Shown: positions 24,191 through 37,317, numbered from the stretch's first letter. The stretch is DNA of 64,000 nt from Octopus sinensis (GCF_006345805.1 NC_043015.1:42098001-42162000), one strand, 5' to 3'. The notes: generated by a model not told the origin, from the letters alone. Numbers and translations: made by a program.

Positions 24191-27100
24191 CATTGCGGAG
24201 AGAACGACGAATATTGTGGGCCTCAACGCTGTAAATACCTGCCGTTAGGAATATTTAAGTGTGAAGTGCCACGTCCTTCCACGTGATACTTTGGAGCGAT
24301 CTGATATAAAACGCCTCCAGTTATCTGATCTGGCACCGATAAAGAGTCCAGCACTCAGACCCATACAGGAGGTTGAATACACAGATAGCTCGATAAACGG
24401 AGATCTTTGTGCTTGCTCTAAGATTCTTGTTCTGAGGGACTCGTTCGCCGAGTTTCCCGAAAGATGTAGAGGCCAATTTGATCCGACGGAGAATTTCCTC
24501 TTAAGGAGTCCAGTGTTAGAGACTGTGTTTCCAAGATTAGCGTTTCTTCTTTCCTCCTTTTGTACAGATCTTCTACTCTCAACTCAAAGACGGCAAGCGT
24601 ACAAAAGGAGGCCAGAAGAAACGCTACAAGGACTCCCTGAAAACGAACCTCAAAAAGTGTGACATCGACTTCACTAACTGGGAGGAAACGGCAAAAAACA
24701 GACCACTCTGGAAAACCACCATCCATGAGGGAACGGCGACTTTAGAGTCGAAAAGGTCTGCAGAGCTGGAGGAGAAAAGACGACGGCGGAAGGAGCGCCA
24801 ACAACAACCACGTGCGACTCTCCCTTCCGACACTAGATGTCCGCATTGCGACCGATCTTTTCAAGCAAGAATTGGTCTTATCGGTCACCTACGGACTCAC
24901 CAGTAAATTTGCGCGAAGACCATCATCCTCGACCTTGAGGGATTGCCATCACGTTTCCAAGATAGGAGAATGGGTCGGCCTGCAGAGGAGGGCTTGGGTG
25001 GAGAGGTGTGTACGGTTAAGCTAATAGGAGAACTTCAGTTTTTCGATGATTCACTTGAAGACCAAGCCGAGAACAGGCATTGTTCATTGAGCCCGTCATG
25101 TGTTGAGAAGGGGCGGAGATATGGGATTGTGCAGCTGAATCGCCATCTTACTGAATCCCGTACACCGTGGTTGAAAAGGTTTTTGAAGCTGCTCTCGGGC
25201 GGCGAGTACTAAAGATGCTGCCATCATGGTGCTTCCTGATACGAATTCGGTCTTCTTCGGGGAAATGTCCCCTGGAAAGAAGGATTATAACCACCAGGTA
25301 AATGTTAAATAGTACAGGGGTAAGGATGCATCTTGGATTTGCCCCCACCTGGCATCAATGGGTCCCGAGTTTCACCACCAAGTGTCACTCTCGCTTGCAA
25401 GCCATCATGAAATTTCTGGACGATCGAGAGAAATTTGGTGGACAGCCAAATTTCTGAAACAAGTGCCACAACATTTAGACGGTAGACCATGACAAACGCC
25501 TTTGTTAGACAGATGAAGGTGCAACATGTATGTCCGTCTACTGTTCACAAGAGTTTTCAAGAAGGCGAGCCACAAATATCCCGTCAGAAGTGCCTCTTTC
25601 TGATCGAAATCCACACTGGGACTCGGGCATAAGCAGACAGACAACATCAAAATAGAAGAAGTCGGAGGAAAATACGTGAGAAGATCTTGCTGGCGTTATC
25701 CAGAAGAGAGATTCCCCCTACTGTTGCCGCATTCTGTACGGTCTCCCTTGCGCTTGTAGATTGTGACAATATCGGAGTGTTTTCACTTGTCAGGTATAGT
25801 TTTTCCCTGCCAACAGAGAAGGAACAAAGAGTGAAAATGGGATGTGAGGTGATACCTACAATACTTGTAAGTCTCACCTGAGATCCCATCGTCGCCGGAA
25901 GATTTCTGGTTTTTTGAGACCGCAGATGGCCTGTTGCACTTCATTAAATGTTATAGGATTGTCAAGCTCTGTCAGGATAGAAAGATCCGGAATCTCTTTA
26001 AGTGCTTTGGGGTGCTTGGAGTTGACCCGATTCAGAAGTTCTTTAAAATTTTCGACCCACTTGTGAAATATCGCAATTTTCTCTTTCAATAGGGTGCCAT
26101 TGAATGATTTCGGTGGTGTAGTCACCTTTCTGCATGAAACTGAAGATTCTCTAAATGGAGTGGTAGACTTCGTGTTTTTTTCTGCAAAACGTTGAATTTT
26201 GAAACCACCAATCGTTTTGAACATTCCCGATGACACATTGTGCGGTGGTGTGGGTAGTTAAGAAATAGGTATGAGAATCCTTCATTTTTGGCACAAGACT
26301 GCAGAGCCTAGGTTGGCTAAAACAGCATCGTGGATCTTGTTCTTCTCAGACAGGAGACTTTGTAGCATCTCGGCCGATTCAGCAACCCAGTCGGGGTTGG
26401 GACACGTAGTTGTCCAAAGGGTTACCTTGGCAGCGTCTTGTGGGTAATTGCGGGACCTAGAGGTTGTTGATTTATTCTTGGGTGAGGTCAGCAGCTGGAA
26501 TATCTGGGATAGGTGGGAGCTGATCTTTAATTCCGCACAGAAATTGTGTATGCTTCTCAGAATTGGAGAGGGCAGGAATGTTAAGACAAGGAAAGGGCTG
26601 CGATTTTCGGAATGGTGGCCTCATAGTTAAACGAAGGGCGAGAGCTATTCATTCGGTGACCTGCCAAATATTCGGCACCCAGCACAGCACGGCTGGTCAA
26701 GAAATCCTTATGATCCCTTTGTTGAACAATCTTTATAGTCAAGACGGTGCCAGGATTTGGATGGAAGATGATTCCAGGAAACTTTGTGGATTGTTGGGAG
26801 CTGGAAAACTGTGTTGGTAATGACCAGTCCATGTTGGGAACAGAGAGTTAGGTCATTGGTGTTCATTTTCCCAAAACCATGACGACGAATGATGCTGAAC
26901 CAGATGATATGACTTTTCCCGACCCTGGAATCGAAACCTCCGCGTAGAATGGTTTTATCAGACTTGGGTATCCTTCGGATGACGTTGTCCGGGGTCATAT
27001 AGGACCTGTCTTTGGCTCTTTCAGGAAAGTCCAAGATGGGCGCATAAGCACTGATGATGATGGTGAATTGGCTTTTAGAGAAAGTGAGCTGCAGAATGAT

Positions 27101-27590
27101 GAAACGTTCGTGCAGTCCTACAAGAAGTTCTGCCACCATATTTGCAATGGGGGCCTTCACAGCGAAGGCCACTCCATGAGTTCTGTCGTTGTTATCGGGG
27201 ATACCCTTCCTGTAGAATGTGTATCTCTCTCCCTGTTCAGTGAGACAAGCCTTCTTCTGAGAAGCGCATCACGCTAAGAGCTGCTATGTTCACGTTGTAA
27301 CGTTTCAGCATGTATGCAAAGAGAGCAGTCCGATGAGGTCGAGCTGAGGAGGAAGATCATGTAAAGTTATGACATTCTTGACGTTTCGACCGCATTAGAG
27401 GAATGATCTGTCAGGCGCAGTTTCCTGGCAGAGTGGCTTTATTTGGGCCACCTTTTCTAGACTGTTCCTCGGATTGCGATAGACAGTGCCTTCCCTAAAT
27501 AGAGCTGCCCAGACACCTGAGCAGGACCGAAGAAACCTGTTGTCCCCAAGTTTAGACCTTAGCGGCCATTTTTCACTTGCCGATATCGTG
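24185..27590 (-). mobile_element. Degenerate RTE-clade LINE (APE + RT)
   Basis: IAALS, TIISAYAP, ITNT.F, KTEVL, FSYLG, LLYGSECW motifs with many stops and frameshifts; interrupted at 24538-24952. Confidence 0.85.
24538..24952 (+). mobile_element. 5'-truncated RTE copy nested in the older RTE, 11-bp TSD
   Basis: Open frame ...KRYKDSLK...CPHCDRSFQARIGLIGHLRTHQ*; GTTTCCAAGAT at 24527-24537 and 24953-24963. Confidence 0.85.
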
Positions 27591-27593
27591 CAA

Positions 27594-27770
27594 GCTTCAA
27601 GCTGGAGGCTTCAAGCTGGAGGCTTCAAGCTGGAGGCTTCAAGCTGGAGGCTTCAAGCTGGAGGCTTCAAGCTGGAGGCTTCAAGCTGGAGGCTTCAAGC
27701 TGGAGGCTTCAAGCTGGAGGCTTCAAGCTGGAGGCTTCAAGCTGGAGGCTTCAAGCTGGAGGCTTCCAGC
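27594..27770. repeat. 14-bp minisatellite (GCTTCAAGCTGGAG) x12 plus partial
   Basis: Twelve identical units counted directly. Confidence 0.95.
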
Positions 27771-28606
27771 ATCATCCATGCTTGCCGCCTTCATATAAAT
27801 ATATATAGGCTTACAATGAATAAGTCCTGGGGGTCGATTTGTTCGACTAAAAGCAAGTGCTCCAGCATGGCCGCAGTCAAATGACTGAAACAAATAAAAG
27901 AAAAAGGAAAAGAATACATATATACATATACGCACACACACACGGACACGCACACACACGCACACGCACACACACGCACACATATATATATATGTATGTA
28001 TATACGCATACATATATACATAAATAAATAAATACAAGATCCAAAGATCGAGCTGTAGGAAGAAAGTTATCTTCAAGCAATCCGTAGCAAATATACACAT
28101 ACATACATAAAAATATTACATATATATATATATATATACATACATACACGGTACTACATGCATGTATATAAATATATATATATACATACATACTTTATGA
28201 CGGCTCATCAAAAGTGATGGCAGCCCTGATCCAAAACGTTCCTCCTCCTCCACCTCCTGCTCTTTGTTTCTCGTGTGAGCGGGCATGGCCGACAAGACCG
28301 ATACAAGATAAACAGATCCTGTGACCCCGGACAAGAGCCACACGTAGTTAATGATGACCTCTCTTCTCTCTTCATACAGTCTTCTGTGTTCGGTAGTACA
28401 TAGGGCAAATGTGTTTGAAAGTTGTGGTTTCTTTGGTATGTTCGTTCCCAAACAACACTTATTTTAGTGCTGTTGACACCGACGGATTAAATAGTACTGC
28501 CCAGGTGTCGAAACCATAATGATATCCGTGAGCCAGCTGATGATGGAGGCATGTTGGATTGTTGGTATGGCTGTGGAATAGTATTGTAACACATCTTTTT
28601 CATATA

Positions 28607-28760
28607 TCTGTTATATAAAATCCATTCTGTCTGTCTGTGTGTCTTCTATGATCTCGAGCATCTTCCACCCGATTGCGCTCAAATTTGATATGTGGATACC
28701 GACGGTATCAGAGCGTGTATAAAATTACAAAAATCGATTCCAGGTGAGAATGCGATCGAT
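28607..28760 (+). mobile_element. Helitron-like 5' fragment
   Basis: tctgttatataaaa...tgtctgtctgtgtg start resembling the other Helitron-like copies. Confidence 0.35.
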
Positions 28761-30199
28761 AAAGCCGTGGGAATGTGCATTTGAACGTGAATGTACATCA
28801 GCTGTTGTAATTGATACTACGCGTACGCAAGAAAAATGCACATGCAGTTTGCGCAAAAAAAGCTGGCTGGCTTGAAATAATGCCACAAAATGCAGTATAT
28901 TTAAGAGACCAAAAAAGTAAGATGCAAAAGAGATATTTTCTTCAAACTTGGCATGAAGGAAGGAAAGATTATTTGGTTTCTCAAGAAGTTTTTTTTTGCC
29001 TTAACTTCGTTTAACAAAACCAAAAATTTTATTAAAATAAAGGCATGCTTAATTATTTTTTAATAAAAAGAAAACACTGATTGCTTTTTATTCAATGAAG
29101 AAAATACTATTTTCTTGCTAATAAATGGTTTACCATGTTTGTGTTCTCCCAGTCAACAGCCTTATCCTTACTGGTACTTTAAACTCGTCGGTTGCATATT
29201 TGTATAAATAAAGTCGTTTTTCTTTGGAATAGGAAAAAAGTCTATATTCCTTTCTTCTTTTGCTGGTGTCTCAAATTTAGGTTAAATCAGTGTTTCTCAA
29301 AGGGGAGGGCTATGGGACGGTCGGACAAGTTGTTTTGAGAAAATTTGGTTTAAATGTTTGACAACTCAGCACCGTCCGGGGGGCGTTTTGCTCCAGTCCA
29401 CTCAGCTGGCAAAAATAAGTCGTACCTGTATATTCAAAGGGCCAGCCTTGTCACACACTGTGTCACGCTGAATCTCCCCGAGAACTACGTTAAAGGCACA
29501 CGTGTTTGCGGAGTGCTCAGCCACTTACACGTTAATTTAACGAGCAAGCTGTTCCGTTGATCGCATCAGCTGGGACCTTCGTCGTCGCAACCGACGGAGT
29601 GCTCCTTCTATATATATGCACTGAGTTTCAGATTATTAACACCGGAACATTCTTTTAATTTTATTTAAAAGCTGCTCGTTGGAATTCAAAGAAATTTCCA
29701 CAGAATGAGGGTAACAGTTATCTGTGCGTGGTGTGTAAAAAAAAACGTCAGGTTTTGCGCAAATGTAAAAAAACTGTGATCATTTCTATGGTTTCCATGA
29801 AATTTCAGTGTTCCAAATTATTAACGAGTGGACTGATAAACGAGTAATTATGGGTCGTGAATGCAAACTGCTTAAGAGAAACCTGTTACTTCTCCTGAAC
29901 TTGCAAAAGGTAAATCAACATTAGAAATATCTCAAATAATTGGAATATAACACCCAACTGTGAAAAAAATTATTACAGCTGTCTTCTTTGTTTTTCTATA
30001 ATTTGAACTACATACATACATATATATAATATATATAATATAATATATATATATATATATATATTATGTGAAATAGAAAGATGAATAATCTTGTAGTAGA
30101 TTAATCAAAAGTTTAACCGATACCTTAGTAGCAAAAATCACAGCAGTAAACAGCACGGTTGGAGGTACAACCATATGGTGTTGCAACCGTGCGTTGGTG

Positions 30200-31187
30200 C
30201 GGATATTGAAATTAAAACATTATTGGTGAATTGAAGAAATGGAGCTGAACGCAGATTGAACAGAAATCGTTTTATTTCATTCTACACGTGTTTCGAAAGG
30301 CACAATTACCAAAATCCGATTGAATAATGGGACCATACTGTGTCTTTCTCTTCAGGAAGAAAATAGGAAATCCGTTGGAAAACAAAAACAGAACAGAGGC
30401 GGAGCAAAAACAAATCGAACTATGCTCCTAAGAGCCCATGGCGAAACTGTTTATCAGTGTATGTGAGAACCGGTGGCTGAAGATTTAACGGGTCAGGCAT
30501 CGGTCAATCATGTGGGTGAGGGTGTGTAGATGTTCTTTGTGACCGAGAATAAAGTTCTGACTATTTAAGGAATATTGGATGTTTTATAAGGGGCGAGAAC
30601 AAAATCTACTTAGAGACGTGTGTGTGTGTATACTGTTCTATATATGTGTGTGTTGGCGTAGGGGTAGAAAACATTTTTGTGTACGTGTGTGCGTTTGATC
30701 GTTCGGCTGTCAGTGGCTACTGCCGTGAGAACCGTTGGGTGGCAGAAAAAAATATATATATATATTATGTTTATGTGTGTGTGTGTTCATCTAAGCCTGC
30801 CTTGTCAAGAAACCCCCCCGCTGTGAAAAACCAAGCCCCGTTTGTCTTACAGGAGTAATTCCCCTTGCAGTGGTTAATCGTAGATATCTTAAAGGCTATT
30901 CAGAATTTGTTACCAAGGGCTATGGGTGCCGGTATTATTTATAAACGCTATTTAAAAGCCAGATAAGTGTAACGCCGCCAATGGGGGCATCGAAAAGCCG
31001 ACTGTAAAAGCCCGTTTACCATCCGGCCTCTGGCAAACAAAATATGGAAGAGTTCGGAGACACAAAGGTTGCACTGCCTTCTGCCCCTATCAAATGGGAG
31101 AGCCTTTAAGATATCTACGATTAACCACTGCAAGGGGAATTACTCCTGTAAGACAAACGGGGCTTGGTTTTTTCACAGCGGGGGGTG
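30200..31187 (-). mobile_element. 5'-truncated PLE, same lineage as 20470-23050, with inverted 3'UTR piece
   Basis: LPFDRGRRQCNLCVSELFHILFARG...CPHW; hammerhead 30280-30358; 31100-31187 is an inverted copy of 30823-30900. Confidence 0.8.
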
Positions 31188-32031
31188 AAATACAGTATTT
31201 CATTCACCGCATGCAGTTCTCAGGTTACAGCCATAAAGAAAGGATCAGAGTATACAAAGGAGCCATGAAGAAATTTGATAATATATTATGTAATGATAGG
31301 AATGAGATTTGCCCAATCTATAGGAACAAGTCATGGAACACTATAGAAAGGACCAAAAAGAAAATAGGGAAGGCCAACTCTTGGTATGATAGCCATAATT
31401 ACCAGAGTGTCATATTCGTTGACACCACCCCTGGAGGTGAACTGGCGTACCGCTTTAGAAGGACCCTAGATAAACTTAAACTAAGAATTAAGGTTGTTGA
31501 AAAGCCAGGCAACCCTATCAAATCTATAATTGGTAGAACCTATCCTTTTAGTAGAACCCTCTGTACGGATAACTATTGCACTGTATGTAGATTTAGCCCA
31601 CAAACAAACTGTAAAGCCAGAAATGTAGTCTATAGTATAAGATGTATAGAGGGACGATGCAGTAACAAGACAGTAACATACGTAGGGGAAACAGCAAGAA
31701 GCATAGGAGAGCGGGTGAATGAACATTGGAGACAACTCAAGGAAGGTAAAAGCTCATCGATTCTGTACCAACATGCCGAACAGGAACACGGGGGATCAAT
31801 CAATAACATAGAGATTAAGATATTGTCCACACATAGAACAGATGCAACAATTAGACAAATTACAGAAGCTACACATATAATAGAAAATAAACCTAGCCTG
31901 AATAGAAAACTAGAATGGAGCAATAGCACACCCACAAACATATGACGATAGAGGATCCTGAAAACATAATAAATACACAGATAAATAAACAAATAGAAAT
32001 GTATAACTATATATATGTATATATATCTATG

Positions 32032-32080
<49 letters not shown>

Positions 32081-32560
32081 GTATATGTGTATGTGTGTGT
32101 ATGTATATATGTATATATATTTTTTTTCGATTAGATTATATTATTATTATTATATATACTAATATGTGTTATAATACATACAAGCATATGTACTGATAAT
32201 AATGGGTGGATGTAAACACATGAACAAAATTAGAACAAAAGCAACAACAACAAAAACAAAATACAAATTACAAGAATGTATATAAACAGAAGATACAAAT
32301 ATTACAGGCATCCCCCCCCACACACTAAATAAACATAGACGCACATAGAGATATAAGCATGCGCAAATGAAGACATACAATAGAAATACAAAATGGCTGA
32401 CGGTTAGTAAGGAGAGACACAAATAAGTGAGAAGAAAACAAAGGACCACTGATGCGGTCACAGGAGTGTGACGAAAGAACTTTGGCCGAAATAAGATTAA
32501 GATTAATGTAAAAAATAAATATCACTGAAGCAAAATAACACCAAATATATAGTGCGTATG
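31188..32560 (+). mobile_element. Second PLE lineage: RT thumb, Cys-rich linker, GIY-YIG
   Basis: Open frame to 31945: RMQFSGYS...NVVYSIRC...YVGETARS...EH...RQITEA...LNRKLEW. Confidence 0.88.
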
Positions 32561-32600
32561 TTTTTATTGGCTAAACTGGCAATATGACCATTCCGAAAAT

Positions 32601-32717
<117 letters not shown>

Positions 32718-33439
32718 TAAATTAGAGATAAAACCACTATAAGGCAACTCAAACAGTGATAGACATAAACCAAAACATAAAAAACCTGAAGATTGACTAT
32801 AATTTTAATTCGAATTTTCCAGTTGAGTTTAAACTTAATTGTAATTCGAATTGAATTATAGCCATGAAACGTACGTAGTGTTTTACTTATATTATATTTA
32901 ACTTTTTTTATACATCTTGGTTAGTTATAAGAAAAATTTAAAAAATATAAATTTAAAAATTTAAAAATATAAATTTTAGAATTTAAAATTTTAATAATTT
33001 CAATTTTAAATTTTATATATATATATATATATATTATATTACATTAATTATATTTATTTTTTGTTTTTTATGTTTGGTTTATGTCTATCACTGTTTGAGT
33101 TGCCTAATAGTGGGTTTTATCTCTAATTAATTTATATTTATACTGTGAAATTTGATTAATCCTAAATCTAATTTTTCCCTGTAAGTTTGGATATACTCCC
33201 TATTATTATTATTAGATTATTATTATTATTATTATTATATTATTATTATAGTATATATTATTTATATATAATAATATATATATATATATCTATAAATATA
33301 TATATAAACGTTTATATATATATACACGTATATATATATGTAAGAAAGCTGTGGAAGAGAATCATTATAAATTATTATTATATATATTATATATAATATA
33401 TATATAAACGTTATATATATATACCGTTTATATATATAT

Positions 33440-33875
33440 GTAAGAAAGCTGTGGAAGAGAATCTTCAGGGGTTTTGCCAGGGCATGCATACACGATTTGA
33501 GGAGAATTGCTGAGAAACCATCAGGACCAGCAGTTGATATTGTGCCCACTTCATCTATAGCTAGTAGTATATCTTCTTCGCTAATGTCAATGTATTCCAT
33601 TGTAACTGCCTCGCTGGTTATAGAAGAAGCCCACTGGTTCGTTCACTTGTCTGTGTTCCAACGGGGTGGTAAAGACACTTTTGAACTGGTCATTTAGTAT
33701 CTCACTGATCTTAGTTGGACTGTCTGTGAGGGAGCCATCCTTTTGGAGAAAGGGTCCTATCTTGTCGTGTACTTAGTCTGTTTCTTTCGCGTAATGAAAG
33801 AAGGCCTTTGGGTTTGACTGAATGTTTTTTATAACCCAGGCTTCTTTGTCTGCTTTCTCCCTCACGTAGGATTGT
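33440..33875 (-). mobile_element. CR1/L2-like LINE ORF2 fragment (pre-RT)
   Basis: NPKAFFHY...IGPF...LNDQFKSVFT...AGPDGFSAILLK. Confidence 0.8.
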
Positions 33876-33977
33876 TGCAGCCTTATATATATTTATATAT
33901 ATTTTTTTCTCTCTCTCTAGTTACAGCTCGGAGCTGCAGCCATGCTGATGTACCGCCGTTTTGCTACACTGTTATTA

Positions 33978-34410
33978 CTAAGAGCCTCCTCTAATATGTG
34001 GCACTTGGTGAAGCATGGAGTTTGATATAGCAACCGTCATTTGCACCTCTTGCCGTGAGATAGGTTCATCTGGGACTCTCGACGGGAAGAGGTCCAGCTT
34101 CGATTTAAAAACCCCTACATCTACTTTGTGCAAGTTCCTCAGACTCTTTGGGAGAATATTAAAAAGCTGTGGGCCCTTGAAACCCAGGCTGTTGCAGTAA
34201 CTGGTCCTGAAGCGTGATGGCATTGCTGGGATCTTTGGCACTATGCAGTGTCGTCCCGTTCTAACATTGGTGTAGCTTTCAATGCCAAAATTTGGCACAA
34301 TTCCTTCCAGGGTCTTCCAGATATATATTACTGCAAACCTCTCCCATCTTCTCTCCAGGGAGTAGAGTTGGTGGATATTTGTCCTCATCTTGTTTGTTGT
34401 TAACACATTT
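33978..34410 (-). mobile_element. CR1/L2-like LINE ORF2 C-terminal fragment
   Basis: LYSLERR...GPQLFNILPKSLR...FKSKLD. Confidence 0.8.
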
Positions 34411-34569
34411 TGGCTGATATACCCTCCAGCCTTCATCAGGTGTCTTGGGGAAATTTCGAACCTAATTTCTCATTCCTAGGGTATATTTCAATGTTATTAT
34501 TATTATTCAGATCACTGCCAGGAATCGAACTCGGAATCTTGTGGTTAGTAGCCCATGCTCTTAACCACT

Positions 34570-34830
34570 ATGCCATAAATGGAGTTAAACGCATATGTTA
34601 TTCAAATTCTTTTACATCCGACACATGATTCGAAGATATCACTGGTATTATTCCAAAGAAATAAAATGGTGTAAAACTATGTAATCTTCTCTTCAGGAAA
34701 TGAAACACGTCAATAAGACATTTTAACAGAAAATTATGGATATGTATAGGGATTATCTTCGAAACATGTGTCGGAAGTAAAAGAATTTGAATGACATCTG
34801 CGTTTAACGCCATTTGTTTATTTATATTTA
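34570..34830 (-). mobile_element. PLE terminal repeat with inverted partial copy and hammerhead motif
   Basis: CUGAAGA...GAAUC-AUGU-GUC at 34620-34696 (-); forward gaaacatgtgtc at 34761-34772; homologous to 6060-6320. Confidence 0.6.
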
Positions 34831-35002
34831 TTATACAAAATATTTTACGTAAACCTGGAATTTCTACCTTTAAAAAAAAAGGAGTTAAACCCTTTTTACT
34901 TGTGTGATTTTCTGCTACCCTGGTAACTATTTCTCTATTTTTTTCCGTGCTAATATTTACAAGGGAAAAATACACACATCTATTTATAAATTTATATATA
35001 AA

Positions 35003-35412
35003 GGCGCAGGAGTGGCTGTGTGGTAAGTCGCTTGCTTACGGATCACATGGTTCAGTTCCGCTGTGTGGCACCTTGAGCAAGTGTCTTCAACTATAGCCTC
35101 GGGCCGACCAAAGCTTTGTGAGTGGATTTGGTAGACGGAAACTGGAAAGAAGTCCGTCGTATATATTTATATGTATATATATATATGTAAGTGTGTGTAT
35201 ATGTTTGTGTCTGTGTTTGTCCCCTCCAACATCACTTGACAACCGATGCTGGTGTGCTTACGTCCCCGTAACCTAGCGGTTCGGCAAAAGAGACCGATAG
35301 AATAAGTACTCGGCTTACAAAGAATAAGTCCTGGGGTCGATTTGCCCGACTAAAGTTAGTACTCAGCATGGCCGCAGTCAAATTACTGAAAAAGTAAAGA
35401 GTAAAAGTAAAA
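35003..35412 (+). mobile_element. SINE family A
   Basis: Homology to 15453-15912. Confidence 0.85.
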
Positions 35413-35485
<73 letters not shown>

Positions 35486-35519
35486 TATATACATATATAC
35501 TACTCTGCTATGTATTGAG

Positions 35520-35884
35520 TACCTTATTTACTGTGGTTAACCGACTCAACCCGGGACATTATATAGATATATATATATATATACCAATAAGGACTGAACA
35601 CGAAAAGTGGACAGTCAACATGCTAGATATAGACGTCAATCGCCATTCACCACAAAAGATTATGTTCTCAGATCAAACTCAACACAAAACCATAGCAATA
35701 AACAAGTGAAAAATATACGAAATAAAATAATTATTTTATTTCGTATATTTTTCACTTGTTTATTGCTATGGTTTTGTGTTGAGTTTGATCTGAGAACATA
35801 ATCTTTTGTGGTGAATGGCGATTTGACGTCTATATCTAGCATGTTGACTGTCCACTTTTCGTGTTCAGTCCTTAATTGGTATAT
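35520..35884. mobile_element. PLE-RT-like fragment folded into a spacerless palindrome
   Basis: About 150-bp arms centred at 35730/35731. Plus frame VNRLNPGH...TEHEKWTVNMLD resembles the RT LN...E.E...FLD region. Confidence 0.6.
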
Positions 35885-35973
35885 ATAAATATTTTAATCT
35901 TCGGATTCTTTTTTAATATGCTAGACCACTGGTCTTAATTGATAAATATCAATTTCTACCCTAATTAATTATT

Positions 35974-36019
<46 letters not shown>

Positions 36020-36103
36020 TATATATATATATACATATAATATATATATACATACATATATATATACGTACATATATATAAATATATATATATATATACG
36101 TAC

Positions 36104-36142
<39 letters not shown>

Positions 36143-36523
36143 CGTGCATATATATATATATATATATGTATGTGTGTATGTATGTATGTATGTATGTATA
36201 TATATATATATATATGCGTAATATAACCATATGTCTTTCATTAAAAGCAGATGTTACGGTTACATCGATAGAGCGATGTGATGGGAAACAATAAACCTTT
36301 TCGATAAATCATTATATAATATCTATTGACTATTTTGATATAAACAAAGAAATAAACAGTGACACAAACACACTCACTTGCTCCCATACAAAAGAAACAT
36401 ACACACACACACACACGGATAACAATATGTATATATATGAGGTCTCGGCCAAAGTTGTTCATAAACTCTTTGAAAGACCATCAGAACCACACTCCACCAA
36501 CGAGCCTGTATTTCTGAACGAGA

Positions 36524-36602
36524 ATGATTTCAATCCTTGCCAAGATCATCGCGGTTGCAGTTCTGGTGCAATTTGCATTCAGTGCAGTTATTCAAGATGT
36601 AG
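36524..36602 (+). CDS. Exon 1 (signal peptide) of secreted Cys-rich VWC/SVWC-like protein
   Basis: MISILAKIIAVAVLVQFAFSAVIQDV+G then GTAAGT donor; phase 1 matches the next exon (G|AT = Asp). Confidence 0.75.
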
Positions 36603-37131
36603 GTAAGTGATCATGAAACTATTATTATCATTGTTATTATTATTATTATTACTTCTTTCTTTCTTGCTTCAAATTTTCTTCCGTTTCTCGCCGAGTGTTT
36701 TCCGTACACCTAGGGCAGAGAAGCTCATTGCATGCATTCCCAGATTACACACGCAAATTCAAAGATAAAATATGTATTTAAAAATTAATATAGAAATAAA
36801 TTCATGGATGGATGTTGTTTTCACAGCGATAATGCTCTTCTCAGTACATGAGCCGTTCCAGTTAACACGATTTTTTGCACTTCCTGCAGGGACGGTAAGC
36901 CTGGTATCATTTTCAAATAGGTTTCAGTGCCTTTTTTTATCATTCCTAGAGATCCTACAATCACTGGTACTGTAGTCACCTTGAGATGCCACATTTTTCA
37001 ATTTATATTAGCAAGTCTTTATATTTACTGATCTTGTCAAATTCTTTCGCCGCTATATTGTGATCGCAATATTATTATCATTATCATTATTATTATTGTT
37101 ATTATTATTATTATTATCATTATTATTATTA

Positions 37132-37181
<50 letters not shown>

Positions 37182-37317
37182 ATTATTATTAATATTATGA
37201 TTATTATTGTTGTTGTTGTTGTTATTGTTGTTACTATTATTATTATTGTTATTACTATCATCATCATCATCATTATCATTATCATTATTAGTATTGTTAT
37301 TATTATTATTATATTAA

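Noticed and set aside
24185-24952. Single twin-primed RTE insertion explaining the opposite orientations
   Set aside because: The 11-bp TSD and continuity of the minus-strand frame across the insert show two separate insertions.
27300-27800. HDV-like ribozyme in the RTE 5'UTR
   Set aside because: Known for some RTEs, but I could not identify the nested double pseudoknot by eye; needs a descriptor search.
32449-32500. Hammerhead downstream of the second PLE lineage (CUGAUGC...GGUCA/UGGCC-GAAAU)
   Set aside because: A9 is altered and I found no stem I or convincing GUH; not counted.
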